Counted from the whole stretch's first letter, positions 1 to 14,900 are shown. The stretch is 54,517 bases of DNA, filler included, from Bipalium vagum (GCA_037834085.1; 3 parts of 3 records of this genome joined end to end with filler, not necessarily neighbours in it), one strand, 5' to 3'. The notes: generated by a model not told the origin, from the letters alone. Translations and numbers: made by a program.

Positions 1-1150
1 AGTTTAAAAGTTTTGAATTGATCATTGAAGAGGGTTTGAACTTGTTGGCGTTGGACGTATTGAACTTGTTTGCGTTGGACGTAGTCTCCACATACGATTT
101 AATGAATTCCCCACTAAATCTTATAATGCTTTAGATGGAGGTACACATAAAATTCATATCAAAATATTATTATTATTTGATAAACATATATACAATTTGA
201 TCTATATAACACAATTAAAATTCAGAAGGAAGGATATAAAATTCAGGTTCGAAAGAATTCAGGTTAATGAGGATCACATTATTATATCAATGTTTCAGTT
301 AGTTTTTGGTTGTCGATTGTGGCTGTTGAACGATTGAACAAATTGGGGCTCTCTGTTTTTGCAGTTGATCTTGGTCGTCTTGGATTCCTTGATCTTGGAG
401 TCTCCACATAAGTACAATTTTCTATTAACCAAAAAAAATCTTTACTATAATTGGTTAAATCTCTTTTATATAAGTTATTATTGTCATAGGTCATAATATT
501 TATCTTGTGAGAATTTATTTTCTATATTTCTAATTCTAATGCAGATAAATTATTTACATCTTTTCTTTTATTAATAAATTCATAAGTTTGGTTTGCCATT
601 TTTAAAAAAATTGTTTTTTGATTTTTAGATCTTTGAAAAATAATTATATTGGGGACAAAATTTATTTTTTTAATTTTCGTTTTTTAAAAAAGTTTTTATT
701 TTTATACTTCAAAGTCTACTTTATTTGTAACTACTTTTTTTGAGAGAGGATTTTTATCGATAAATGGACATTAGTAAAAACTTCATTTATCAGGAGCTCA
801 AGTTAGGTGATGATCAAGCATCTGGAAATATTAAGTATACCAATATCTATGAACGGAATAACTTTAAATAAAAAGCTTCAGTCTTCTTCATTAAAAATCT
901 TTTGATGAAAAGTTTATGAGGTGAACTTTGACTTCATGTGGATGTAGTTTGAAGAGGACTGGGCACATTACCAAGACAATCATCAGTCTTGAAGGGGAGT
1001 TCAGGATTCCAAACCCTATGGCTAGTTTTAGATATGCTGAATCTATCGTCATCATCCACCAGTGGTATCTTCGGGTTTGTGGATCTACATAGAATGCATA
1101 TAAAATAGCTGAAATAGGAAAAAAATAGATGTAGATTCTTAACTTAGGTC
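1..1150 (-). mobile_element. Possible decayed non-LTR retrotransposon 5' part (ORF1-like frame followed by AP-endonuclease-like motifs)
   Basis: Minus strand has a near-open frame (FVPNIIIFQRSK...MTYDNNNLYK...TPRSRNPRRPRS, one internal stop) followed near 280-70 by NVILINLNSF, xVPPS and IVCGDY, resembling APE motifs. Stops and frameshifts present; no splice structure. Confidence 0.3.
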
Positions 1151-1565
1151 AACCAATTTGAGTTTTGGTTTTGACATGTTTTAGTAGATAGGCTAATTTT
1201 TTAGTGCAGGAAAGGTATTAGTAAAAGAAGAGTAAAACGAGCGGAAGAATTCTATCCTGAAGTTTCAGTATGTCTAGGAGTAATATGAGAGTCAGAGGTA
1301 GAATATTGTCTGATATTTGCATAATCTATTATTTTACAGATAATCAGCTCAGACGGTAGAACATTTAGATTTTAATGAGTTTATATTTCATAGATTAATA
1401 TGTCAGTTACCAATATCTTACTTTTACTTATGATATGCTTTGAAATGATTTTTAAGCTGGTAGTTGTTAAAAATCGTTTCAAAATCTATTTCTTCATTTA
1501 TTATTATTTTTAATTTAGAAAATGAGATGATGAAAATTTGTTTAAATATATTTAATTAAAAATTC

Positions 1566-3516
1566 ATGAGTGTAATCAGTATTATTTTAACTAATTTGTT
1601 ATATTATTAAATTTTAGGTCCCTTCAAATTTTACTACCTGTAAATTTATAGTCGTTCATAAAAAAAGAAATTGTCGCGGTTTGGCAAAAATTCCAAATGA
1701 ATATTGCCCTGAACATTCTACTTTAAATAAGGTATAGAACTTAAATTTAGTTCATTTTTTAAAAATGAATTTAGGATGAAAATGTGTCGAATCGTATAAT
1801 ATGTCCAGTTGACAAAACACAGTAAATTATTTGTTGAATGCCTTAATTTATACAAAACTAAGTTCAGTATATAAAAATAAATTAACTCATCACTTAAAAG
1901 TTTGTAATGCAAGCAAACCGAGGTCCAAGGTAGTGGTTTTCCAATATTATACGTCATGAATTTTAAGTGTTAGCCATATTATTCGGAAAAAATAAATGCT
2001 GGTTCTGATTCCGAAGCAGAAGATAATTTTGAGAATATCAAATTGAACAATGCCGAGCCTGCTGAGATAAGATTGCTAATAGCCAAAATAATGAATATCA
2101 AATCAAGTAATTACAATCTAAAACGACTTTTATTTATTGCTTTGTCATGTTTAATCTTCATTTTAATTTCGATATTTTATCAAAATTATCACTGCAGGCA
2201 ATTTAAATGATAAAACTACCTGTTTTGTATAAAAACTCAATATATTTAAATGTAAATTATTTAAGATATTCTTCAAGAAATAAACCAGATTTATGATATC
2301 AATAAAAACCCGAAAACGAATACCGACGAATCTCAGTCGTTGGTTTACAATGTCAAAAACGACAAGCATAACTTTCAGTACGTGAAGCTCATTGAAATCA
2401 TGAATTCAATGCATTTATTAGAGTGTCCGGAAAACAATTCAGACGTCTTTATTGAATTTGGTGCTGGAAAAGGTGGATTTTCTCATTTCTTGGAGAAAGC
2501 TTTAACGAGTAAAAGTCAAACCCCGTTGGATTCCTTAACGTTTCTTCTTATTGATCGACAGGGAGTGAGGAATCGAGTAATTTGTATCAATGTGGATTAA
2601 ATCCATTAATTTTTTATCATTTTCCTTAGTTTGATGCAAAGCACAAAACAGGCCCTAAATTTGAAAGAATTCTCATGGACATAACTCATTTGAATTTGAG
2701 TTGGTTTTTTAGATTTATCAGCAATTGTAATTTTTCTGCTATCGATTTTAGACAAGGTGGATATCATTAAAAATAAAAAGGTTTTTATCATCTCGAAGCA
2801 TTTGTGCGGTGCTGCAACTGGTATGTTTTATACTATTAATTTATTATCAAATTTTTTTAATATTAAAAATTATCATTTTGAAAGATAAATATTTTAGAAA
2901 ATATGAAAATAAATCAATTTTTTGTATTTTGCATAATAAATTTATTTTAAAAATCAGTAATATAAATAATAATTTTAAAATATATTTCATTTAGATCTCA
3001 CGTTGAGATGTATACAGAATTGGATGGTGAATGAAAATTTAACTGGGGAAAATATTAATGATCGGCTAAGGTTTGTATAGACTTTGATTTTATAGTTTGT
3101 TAATTTCGTTCGTTTTTTCCAGAGGTCTTGTTATTGCTCTGTGTTGTCATCACAAATGCAATTGGACGAGTTATGTCAATAAATCTTGGATTCGTGAAAT
3201 TGGCCTTACACCACGACAATTTCATCTAATGACCTTGATGACTGGATGGGCGACCTGTGGAAACAGCAATTCTTCGAAATTTGACGATATGTGAGGAAAG
3301 ACAAAGTCCTGAAATTTATTAATCATATTGATTGATTTTAGATTAAACGAAAGTGGTGGTGTTGATAAGAAAGAAATCGGTTTACTGTGTAAAAGGATTT
3401 TGGATTTAGGACGAAAATTATTCCTTGAGAAAGAATGTCGATTTGATAATGTATGCCTCAAATCTTATATTGATCAAAGTGTGACGCTGGAAAATTGTGC
3501 TCTTTTTATTTTTTAA
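1566..3516 (+). CDS. TRMT13: tRNA:m4X 2'-O-methyltransferase TRM13 homolog, 11 exons, about 411 aa
   Basis: GT-AG exons 1566-1571, 1618-1731, 1775-1821, 1863-1929, 1974-2106, 2266-2576, 2630-2699, 2752-2820, 2995-3070, 3123-3290, 3342-3516 join in phase (1236 nt). Encodes CCCH finger (CKFIVVHKKRNC...YCPEH), CHHC U11-48K finger (RIICPVDKTHSVYKNKLTHHLKVC), FIEFGAGKG, LLIDR, SKHLCGAATDLTLRC, IALCCHHKC, GWATCG, CKRILDLGR, TLENC. The 6-nt first exon is the least certain part. Confidence 0.95.
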
Positions 3517-3740
3517 TAAAAATTAATTTTATTGAAAAATGTCTTAAGTGTATTGTAAATGTTCATTTTTTTAAAATCTAGAATTACGATATATAATTTA
3601 AGTACCTAAAATTAACAATAACTATAAAATATATTTTATATAAATCACTGTTTATTTATAAATTACCACTTCAAGATGTCCAAAATCTGGTTTCTGGGTT
3701 CTTTTGAGATGACATCCATAATTGACTGAAAGATTGAAGA

Positions 3741-3909
3741 AAGTTAACTGAAACATTATTATATAAGCATTTAATGTGAAAACAAATGTTTAAAACATCA
3801 ACTAAAAACTTGGAATTAAAGTATAATGGACTAATAAATTCTTAAGACTTCATGAAGAAAAATTTCTATTAAAATGTTTAAAATTGCCATTTTTGTTTCT
3901 TATTCTTAT
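3741..3909. repeat. Dispersed repeat, inverted copy of 9074-9260 (probable non-autonomous TE end)
   Basis: 3810-3861 is the exact 52-bp reverse complement of 9140-9191; similarity extends over about 170 bp. Confidence 0.8.
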
Positions 3910-3911
3910 TA

Positions 3912-5299
3912 CAGTGCGCATAAAAAGTTTTTTTCACCTCATATAAAAAATAAAAATTTTGATTCAGGTAAATATTTAGTTATTGATAAATTATTTACAG
4001 GGTTTCTCATTTAATTTGCAACTTGTTTTAACACTTTAATTTACATATTTGACTCTTCTCAATTTTAAAAATCAAATGAACTACGAAACAGTATAATTCA
4101 ACTTTTCAAAGAATAAATAAAGATCAATGTAGCTCGTATTTTCGAAAGATGTTACATTGGAAAGGAACATTGCATTGAAGTGTTTATTTTACTGTGGATT
4201 ATGTAAAAAGTATAATACAAGTTTTGTATCTAAAGTAAAATTTTATTAAAATAAAATGCAAAAAGTTGCAAATTAAATGAGAAACCCTGTAAATAATGTA
4301 AGTTATAACATATTTTTAAGTGATATGTGTAATTACATAGTTTTAGACCAATAATGTCTAGAAATTTAACAAAATTTCAAAGAAATGAAATTGTTGTAAT
4401 ACGGAATAATGGAAAATCTTGGACAGAAATAGCTCGTGAATAACTTAACAAGTACAGCAAAACTGTGGCTGTACTGTGGCATACAATATCTTTGGAAGAA
4501 ATAACTAAAAACCCGATTCGTGCGATATAAGATGAGAAATATTAGACCAACTATTATTTCAATCCCAAGATTCACGAGCTATAAGATGCTTAAGCAAAGC
4601 CAATCATTTATTAGCTGTTCAAAGTATTTCCTGTATGTACTATACAAGTTCTGTAAAAAATGTATCTGTCAGTATCGTACAGAATATTCTGAACTAGTAC
4701 GGTTTTCGAAGATATGCAGCAATTAAGAAGCCATATTTGAAAATGCATCAACGTCTCAAAAGACTTTCGTAGTTCTTGGGATGCAGATAAATGGGTAGAT
4801 GTGGTATTCAGCGACGAGTGTTTCTTTCAATTATATTCGTCATCAAATAAATTATTGATTCGAAGAACCGCATTGAAAAAGTGCAAATCTACCTTTAATC
4901 AATTATTTATTCATTTATTTTATTATTCATGCATACATATCTATAACTGCGTCAACCCAGGCTTTCCAATAAAATATTGATGCCTTACCTTGGCAAGCTA
5001 ATTCTACTGATCTCAGTCACATATATAATATCTTGGATATCCTTAAGGGGCAAATAAGACAAATGAAACACAATTCTGCTCAAGAATTATGGAATGAAGT
5101 TCAAAGCAAATGGTACAACCATTTACAATCTATGATATAAATCTGTGTTCTCAATGCCCAAAAGATTAAAGTTGTTCAAAAATCAAATGGATATCCTATT
5201 AAATATTAAGACTTGTGTATTTATAAATTTCGTTGTTAAAAATATTTTTTTCAATTAAAAGTTGTATTTTTTATATATAAAGACTTTTTACTTGCACTG
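3912..5299 (+). mobile_element. Tc1-family (DD34E) transposon, decayed and internally deleted, copy 1
   Basis: TA|CAGTGCGCATAAAAAGT ... ACTTTTTACTTGCACTG|TA; remnants AAIKKPYLKMHQ, VVFSDEC, LPWQANS; collinear with 22687-24660 and 41548-42343. Confidence 0.85.
3998..4289. mobile_element. 292-bp Tc1/mariner-type MITE nested in Tc1 copy 1
   Basis: Perfect 27-bp TIR CAGGGTTTCTCATTTAATTTGCAACTT, TA on both sides, no ORF; the empty site is visible in Tc1 copy 2 near 23470. Confidence 0.9.
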
Positions 5300-5919
5300 T
5301 ATTATCATTATTATTTTTATTATCCTGGACCCTTTAGTGGTCTTTAAAGGATAATTCAAAAGATGTATCAATGACTAACCCCGCAAAGTAAGTATTTTTA
5401 TACGAAGAAATATAAAAAGAATCATACTTAATATGGAATTCAAAAATGATTTTTATATGTAATATAATACTATTGTGAAAAATATGTTTAATTAGTTTTA
5501 TTTTAATTTTATATATTTTAAATAATTATTAATATATATCTTATACTTTAAATTCATTCAACATTTTTTTAGATTTAAAATAATTAAATAAAAATTAGCT
5601 TTTAAATAGACGTTTTGGGTGAAATTTATTATTTATAAGTATTAAAAAAATAGATAAATAAAAAATAATCTTTTAAAAAATATTTAGATCTTTTTAATTT
5701 TTGTTAAATCAAATAATTTTTCTAGCAAAAATATAATTTTATTTTAATATATAAATATCATTTAATTATTTAAAAATTATCATTTTTTATAAATTATAAA
5801 TTAAGAAAATGTTTACAAAATGTATTATTTTCATTCGTTGATTACATACTTTGTTTAAACGCATAAGTTTTTAGTTTATAAATTAAACAACCTATTCAAT
5901 TGATCAAAACTCAACAAAA

Positions 5920-8900
5920 ATGAGTTACGCGAATTCTTGTCTATTAATCTTGAACAATATATTAGAAGAACATATTGAAGGTTTTTCTAATTACTTATCC
6001 CAAGGTAATTAAGTATTTTAATTGCTCTGATTTGATGAAAATTTTTAAGGTTTTGAAAAGCTATCAGAGATTTTGCCGAACATTATTCCTACCATCAGAA
6101 GTTTAAGTCTCACAGATTGCGATAATCAAAAAAGTAAATGTTTCATAAGTAAATATAAAAAGATAGTTGAGCATGTATAAAACCAATTTTAACATTGAAA
6201 ATTAAATGCTAAATTTTGCTAAAAAGTATAATAAATGCACTGTGTAATTCACAATTACTAAAAATGATTGTTAGTTTGAGGTGTTTTACAAACTTCTATT
6301 GAATTTGTGTTTTCGATTATTTAACTTTTACTATCTATTGCTTGGTTGATTATTTATTGAATCGCGTTAAAATATGACTCATCTCTTATTAATAATGAGT
6401 TCTTAATATCAGAATAAAGTCTTGAATTGTTTTAATTTTGTTAACTTATTTTCACTGAACGATGATTTGTAATATTCTTGCATACTTAATATTTTTCGAT
6501 GAATAATAACAATATGTCTCCTAGTCTGATTGTAACAGACATAAAGGTCTAAAATTATTCACCAATAGAAATCAATTTTCCATCTACTTATGTTGTCTGA
6601 TTTACTTGGCATCCATGCCAATATGACAGATTTTACTTCTTTTAACAATATTAATTATAATTTTTGATAATTTGTTATCGAATTTACAATAATTTATAAA
6701 ATATTCGAATTTATTTATTGATTTTACATAATTAAATTTCTTTTCCTAGATAGAAATAATTTGAAATTCGAAATATTTTTTTTTCTAATTCATCAATGGG
6801 GATATGGAAAATTAATCTTATCCACCATATTTTTTCTTTATTATTGGTGATTACAAATACAAACCTACAGAGAAAATCTGTGTGCATTTGCATGTGTGTC
6901 TTTAATATGTCCATTTAACTGATGCACACTGGCGACACACTAGATTATGTCATCAAGCTTGACTTATCGTTCTCTCCTCCTTTATCAAGAGGTTTAATTT
7001 TCTTTCTCTGTCGAGTTAAAAAAAAATCAATAGATGAATTAAATCCGTTTTCTAGAATGCAAGAAATTTTTAGAACAATGATGCCTTATTTTTTTTAAAT
7101 TGATTTTTCTTTCCCCAGATAAAATCGACTTCAATAACGAAGAAACTAATATCAGTCTAGAAATATTAATTCAACCGACATTTGAAGAATTGAAAGAATC
7201 TGTTAAAAGTTTGACTGAAAGAGAAAATACCAAAGAAATATACATTGTATATATTGGAAGTCATGGGGCTGGTTATTCGTCAAACTGGTTATTGGAAGAT
7301 AGAGTTTTTTCAGCGAACATTATGCTGACAATTCTCAATGAAACATCGTGGATCAAAAGCGATTCTATGGTAAACAGAAATAAATTATTATATTAAAAAT
7401 AACTATTATGATCAGAATAAATTTTTATTTGTCATTAATATTGAAAAATTTAATAAAATAAGAAATCTATGATAAACCAGACTGAAAATTGATAATAACA
7501 AAGTTAAATGTCAAAAAAATATTTATTAGAGGACATCTCTAAAAATATGATGATTCACCATTTATTATTCACAGATTCTTACGTTATTATGGCTTATGAA
7601 CTATTTTTCTGACAAGCTCTCAAAATTTCCTTAAATTTCAACAAAATCTCCAAGTTGCGTGCCGTGCATGTTTTATCATCTCTTATTCACTTGTTATTAT
7701 GTGAATCATTTTAGCATTGGCATTTGTCAATGACTAAAGTTGATTTAGGCGAATTTGTGCTGCCTTATAGAATTTCTTCCTCCCACTACAAAATCTATTA
7801 GATTTATGCTTTATCTACGATAAACTACCCCAAATATTGTCATCATAATTCTGGGCATTTTCGGTTTTCAATAATCTATTTTATATAGTATAAAATTTCG
7901 TTTTAGTTATGTACATTTGAATAATTAATGTTTAATTTTTAATTACTTAGCTTTTATGGTTTGGAATTTCAGAAACAGAAATTAATTTTAATTGTGACTA
8001 TTACAATTTCCGGATTTAACGTTATGGTTATTTCTAATAAATATATAACCAATATAACTTGCTTTCTATTAAGTTCTACATATTTTATCATTTTGTCCTG
8101 ATCATAAATTTTCAAAATGTGCAAAAAATTTTATAATGATTTTCAAGAAGATTAATATTAGTGTTAGTAATGTTTAACGAAAATGAAGAATAAACCTTAT
8201 TTTATATTAATCGACTAAACACAGTATCCAGGTTTCGTAATTATTAGTATTTATAACATTTTGACCTTTAGAATAACAAAATTCTTGCAATATTTGAACT
8301 AATCACAATTTCTGTATTATTATATATATACATTTTATTTCAAAGAAATATCACTTTGCAAAGTAAAAGTCATTGAATGCACTTCTATTTAAATGTCTTC
8401 ACAAATAAGGCGTAATGATCACGTTTTTAAAAAAATAACGATGGCGTTTTTCGAGTATATGCAGCAGGATAATAAGTTCATTTTACATGATAACAAAATT
8501 TAATAAGAAAATCCTATCGTTAGTTGTAACAATTTAATAGACAAAAATGATCTTTAAGAATATTTAATTTGAGACTGGCACCTAAGAATTTATTAAGATC
8601 TCATTAAATACTGGCCACATTCTTCGAATTTTGAGAGAATTGGAATTAGTAAGTGTAATAATGTCTAATATTTTCGTAAATAAAATATTGTGTATTTTAT
8701 AGAAATAAATCAATAAAGTATAATGAAAATAATTAAATGGAAATTCAATAGTAAATATATGAAAATTGGAATTAAAATTTATTTAATCATTATATATTAG
8801 TAATGAGAAAGTTTCAGCTTCGTAATGAAGAGAAATAAGATAGTTTTGTTCAACGCTGTACGTTGCTATGTTAATAGATAAGATTACACCGTTGATAAAT

Positions 8901-11900
8901 ATAATTTAGTCTATAAAAATCTAATCAATTCTATTTCGAGAAATTCCATAAATATTACATATCTGATCAATCTTTTAATTTGTAAGATTATTTAATTTTA
9001 TTTATCACCGAAGGATAAAATGTTTTTGTTAACCAAATTTGAAAAATGAAAACAAATTGATATTTCTTAGCAATATAAGGACAAGAAGAAAATGACCAAA
9101 ATTGACCAAAATGTCAATTTTAAACATCTTAATAGCAAATTTTCTTCATGAAGTCTTAAGAATTTATTAGTCCATTATACTTTAATTCCAATATTTTATT
9201 TAATGTTTAATAAAAGTTTTTTTCACATTAAATGTTTATAATTCGTTTCGGTTAACTTTTACGTATTCAAATATTCTATATTCTTGTGTAGATTCTTAGT
9301 TTTATTAATTTGATAATTTTTCTATAATTATTTCTTAGACAAATATGTTTTTCCAAGTAAATGTTTCGAAAATTAGTTTAAATGATTTAAGATCCACAAG
9401 AGTGAATTTAGATGAAAATGTTGAAAAAACTTCATGCATTTTTTATAAATGTTTAAAAATAGTTTTTCGAGGTTTTAATTTGTCTTTTATCGAATAAAAG
9501 ATAATGATTAAATTATTTAAATATACAAATCAACAAGCTTAAGAAAAATTTGTTATTTAATAAATATAAAAATGATGTCGTAATAGATATCAAAATTAGG
9601 AAACATTTCATTGAGTAATACAGAAGAATAAAAAAATAAAAAAAATCAAGAAAGTCAAAATCAAACAGATTTTATATTTATATTGATCAATTTAAATTAA
9701 TTTTTATTGATTAAAATATATTGTATAATGATTACCATTTTTCAGATTATACTATGATTTTTGTTGAAAGCTTTGTATATTTTTTAAAAATGTTTTTGAA
9801 ATTTTATTACGTTTAATTTTATTGAATAAATTAAAATTGGTAAATAGGAATTGGCAACAATGAACATTTTAACTCCCGGTAATTCCGCCCACTGGAACAA
9901 AGTTCTTTCAACGTTAAAGATCAAGGAAACTAAACAAGACCGTGTTCGAGTCTTTTCATTCTCACCAGAAATTTCAATCGACGAATCTTCATCTTTCAGC
10001 AAAGGTAGGTATTAAATAGAATGAATTACATTATTTTGATTATGGTGGTTTTTACTTTAATATTAATTATGATATATTACTGTTAATGTAATAGACATAT
10101 AAGTTTATTTATAGTAAAAGATGGTAGAACGGTTATTAAACAAAACATGTTTACATAATATTTTCAAATATCAATTTGGTAATTGTAGTATGTTTGACAA
10201 TCAAAAATATGTAACCAAGATTAACTTTTTTTGTTTTATTTGAAAATAACGCCTGTTTTCTATGATAATGTCCTATACGAATTAATTATTTTCATTTTAC
10301 TTATTCGCTATCTATACAATATAACATAATATAAATCAAAAAGAATACAAAAATCAAAGACTTAGAAGATTGTAATTTTTGGATGTTCAGAAAATTTAAA
10401 TTTTTATGATCCTAAATCCCTGCCTTTATGAGGTATAAGGTTTCATTTAAGATCATGTGTCTACAAGTTTCTATCAATTGTTTCAATGTTTATGAGATTA
10501 TAATGGTAAACATTCTACAATGTCTGTCATCAATATTTAAAGTAACAATTCTAATAATAAATAATATATTAGTTTATTATAATATTCACTTAATTGGCTA
10601 TTTATTTAAATAATCGATTATTTACATAATTTCGAATCAATTTTATAAAATATTGTGGTAAATATTGAATATATATTTTTAAAAAGGGCAAATTTAAGCG
10701 GCATTAATTAATAATTTTTTAAAGTAACATTATATTATTAAAGAAAATAAAAATTTAATAAATATAAAGAAAAAAAGTTATGAATATTCTTAATTTTTCT
10801 ATGTACACAATTTTTACAACTTTACAATTAATAAATTAGGAATTTATATAATATTTATTAGTTTAATTTAAAATAATTAAAATTTCATTTTCTGAGTAAC
10901 AATAATTATTAAAATTAATGATGAAGATTAACGAAGCTATATTTGTCATCTCCTATGGTATTGGATACTCTACATAGATTATTACGTGACTGTATAGAAT
11001 TTAATGTTATTCAAAAATGGATATCTTGGTGGAACTGAACGTTGATTTATAACTGTTGTATATATACAATTCTATCTAGTTTTATAAACTATTTCAGTCA
11101 TATGATAGGAATTTTGTCGGTTGGCTTATTATTTGATATTTGTTTATTAATACTATTTTAGTAAAATAAAACGAAAACTTAAGCATAAAATTCATTTGAA
11201 CTTTTGTTAGAGTTGATCTTAAGAGGTGAATGAAGCACCATGTCCATCATATTTAGAAATGCTAATATTATACTATTTATTTGTTGATATAGTAATCAAC
11301 TGGTTAAATCTTTATGCTGTCAGTGTTTATATGAACAACGTTGAATGGTTGATATGTAAAATTTCAAATACTTCCAAGACTTTAGTTATTCAAAGTAGAG
11401 TTTTAGAGATATTTTCTTGTGCTGCCAGATCTAAATTTTCTAAGCAGAATTTTGACTGACGGAAAATAAATCACAATTTTACTCAAAATAGGTTATAAAT
11501 ATAACTCAAATTGATTTTATATTCTCAGTTGAATAATAAGTAATAATAATATATTTTTCAGTTATGAAATAATTAATAAAGAAATTTTTTATCTCAAATC
11601 TCACTTTTGTATCCTGTTTGTTATCTGTTCACTGTTCAATTTAAATATCTACATGTCTCAGATTTCGTAGTCCAAATTTCTGTAATTTAGATGACAGAAA
11701 AAACTGTAGAAAAATTTCTCTACCTAATATTTTGTTTTTGAAACTCGATTTTAAAATATGCGACGGTCAAGTGAATTGAAGTGAACTAACTTTAGAGCTA
11801 ATAGAAGAGATGGGGTTGAAAATCAGCTGGTTTACCTAATTTGAATTTTTGATTAAGATTTTAAATTATAGTTTTTTCAAATTTAAAATGAAAAGGCTAA

Positions 11901-14900
11901 AATCACAAAAATATAATGATTAAATATATTATTTTATTGATGAAATTGTTTTATTTCAATAATTAAAATGACAATGAAATTTTTATTTCTCGTTTAATGA
12001 TCAAATTGGTTCAATAATTTTCAAGAAAATCTTGAATTAATTTCAAATTTTTTAGCCTAAATTTTTACTGAATAATTTAATTGGGGATATTCTTTTAAAA
12101 AGTTTTCAACTTTAATTTGTTATTATGTAGCACATTTTGCATCAAGATTGTTGAAATAAAATTTAAAAATATTAAAAGATGTTTTTTATTTCCTTAACAG
12201 AAATTAAAAAAATGTTTACAAAAGAAATTAAAATTAACTAAAAATGCAGCTGATATTTAGTTTACTGACTCATAATTGATCATAAAGTGTACTTTGAAAT
12301 TTTTATTTATAAAATCAGAGAAATAATTATTACATTTTAATTAATTTTAAAAATTTTATTTGTTAAAAGTTATATGTACATTTTAAATTAAAATCTGTTA
12401 ATTTTTTAAAATATCTTTATGTACAATTTTTAAAAAAATGTACTATTTTTCACCTGATTCAATGAAAACATTTTTATACTTTAAAATATTTCTTTTAAAG
12501 AATATATACATCCTATTTATCAATATATTCCTTTTCCTATCACATGAATTATGATATAAATAATTTCCATACCAGAATATATTTCAATTTAATTTATTAA
12601 TTTAATTTTATTAACATGAAACCGGGACCGGTTTATGTCAACCCAGTTTAATACCAGATGAAATCTTTCTGTTATAATATTAGATAGAAAACGTTCTTTT
12701 TAAATTCAACAAAATGTTTCGCTCAATGGTTTTAAGTCACTAAATTTTGCTCATTAAGTCTTTCATCACCAGAATTATATATATTGAGATGTTAATAATA
12801 ATCTTTTGAAATCATTAATCGTAATTTTAAAGAACATTTTCAATGACAATTTTTTAAAAATTAATTTTACCTCAACATTTTAAAATGTTTTCTTTTGTTT
12901 TATCACCAGAAATTTTATATTTAAATCGAAGTATAATTTATCAGTCATTGTATATAAAGTAAAAAAATCCGTAAAACATTTAGAATGATTCTTAAACTTA
13001 ATTGAAATTAGCGCTCGTTTCGTAATAATTTACCAAAAACTGTTGCATAGAAATAAATTCAACATCTCACAAATCTTAGTAAAGATTGGTTAATAATTAT
13101 TATAATACGACTGATTTGTTCATATAATTTGTGAAGCTTGTATTACATTTTCTAAATGGCTTTATTTATTTTCAATACGTAAATATTTATTCCTCATAAC
13201 TCTTGTGTCAGTTTTCAACTGCTATAAATTTCTTAATGTTAGTGCACGCAAATAAATAAAATAGGCATATATTATTAATTTTTTATGAGCACCATGTAGA
13301 TAAATATACACTATCAATAAATACCAAGAATCCATAAAACATTTACAAATATAATATTTTTAAAGATGTTTGATATTCATGAGATTGGAAAATTCAACCA
13401 GTATATAAGTATAATTTTAAAATTCATATCAGATTATTTAGTAAATTACGGATCACATTCGCCCTTTGTACAGAGCTTCCGGAGAAAAAATTTTTAAATG
13501 TAAAATGATTGTCGAGATTCACTAATTTTACATAACGATGAAGCTCAAGTGAATAGCCTAATTTAAGTATTGTGAAAAGAATATTAACAATACTCATTAC
13601 TATTTTTCAGAAATGTAAATTAGAAAATTACTATTTTTCTCTTTGACCATTATAATTTGAAAGTAATAATTTAATGTCAATTTTCCGATTGCCCATGATA
13701 TGGAGCATGTCACTCTTACAAATGAAAGTTATTTATTTTTATATTTTTAATTTATATTAGGGTGTTGCATAATAGGTCTATCAATGAATTTTTGATAATT
13801 TGTTTATAAATTGATGTACATGGAATTTTATTTATTACTTTCTTAGTAATCTTTGTCTATTTGATATGATCAATAATCAATATTGGGTAGGATTTTTCAT
13901 TAGTTTTACTCAAAAGAAGTTCTTCAATTTTTTAATATCCTTTGATTTAGATCATTTTTAATCACCTTCACATATCAAAGATAATTAAGATAATGAAGGA
14001 AAGGAAATTGGAAATTGGAAATTCGTCAAGACCTTTAATTAATTTATAATGATTTATAATTTTGATAGGGAACAGTTAATTATTTATATTTATGTAATAT
14101 AATTTATATATTTCAAATTAAATTAGTTTTTAAGAATTTCAGTATTAATAAAAAATTGTTTTAATGATATAATATTTATTTATGTAAATTTTTTTTCAGA
14201 GATCGAGGAATTTTGCAAAATTCTTTACGACAAATATCAATCAGTATTGATCAACAAAGCTGTTCTTCATAAAGCAGAAAACATAGGTACCCTGCAATTA
14301 ACTAATAAAAGTGGATCGTTTTATATCTTCAATGAAGCATGTGGTCAAAGTAGTTTGTTGGCATTGAATGGATTTAATTTGTTAATTGATGCGGGATATA
14401 AAAGAAAACCAGAATTTTGGAACTTTTTACAAAGATTAGAAAAGTATGATAAAATTATAAATTGATGAAATATACCGAGTGTGTGATGTCGGCATTTTAA
14501 TGCATAGTGTGGTTCTAGTTTATTGTTTCTTTGTTTATTTGATTATAAAAATCAAATGATAATGACAATCATTTTGTAAAAGTGAAACTAATATCATAGG
14601 GTGTTTTCATAATAATAAAGTTATTAGTACCGTAGCAGAAGTAACTTATACAAAGTGATACTAATATAATATACTAACTGTTAGATTTAATATGTTTTTA
14701 TTCACAAAGCAGTAAATCAACCAATTAAAAATTCCTTTTAGTAATTGAATAAAAAAAAATAATAATAATTTATAATACTCTGTTTTTAATTTTATTCTGT
14801 AACCAGAGAAATTTATAAATCTTATTCTAAAAAAATTTGATTTGACTTTATTTTTTTCATTTTCAGTGCAGTTTTGTTTCACCTTATTATTTTATTGCAT

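Noticed and set aside
1718-3461. Minus-strand short ORFs overlapping TRMT13
   Set aside because: Antisense shadows of a well-supported plus-strand gene.
13400-14050. Possible integrase remnant (minus-strand PYHGQS)
   Set aside because: Single short motif with no supporting context.
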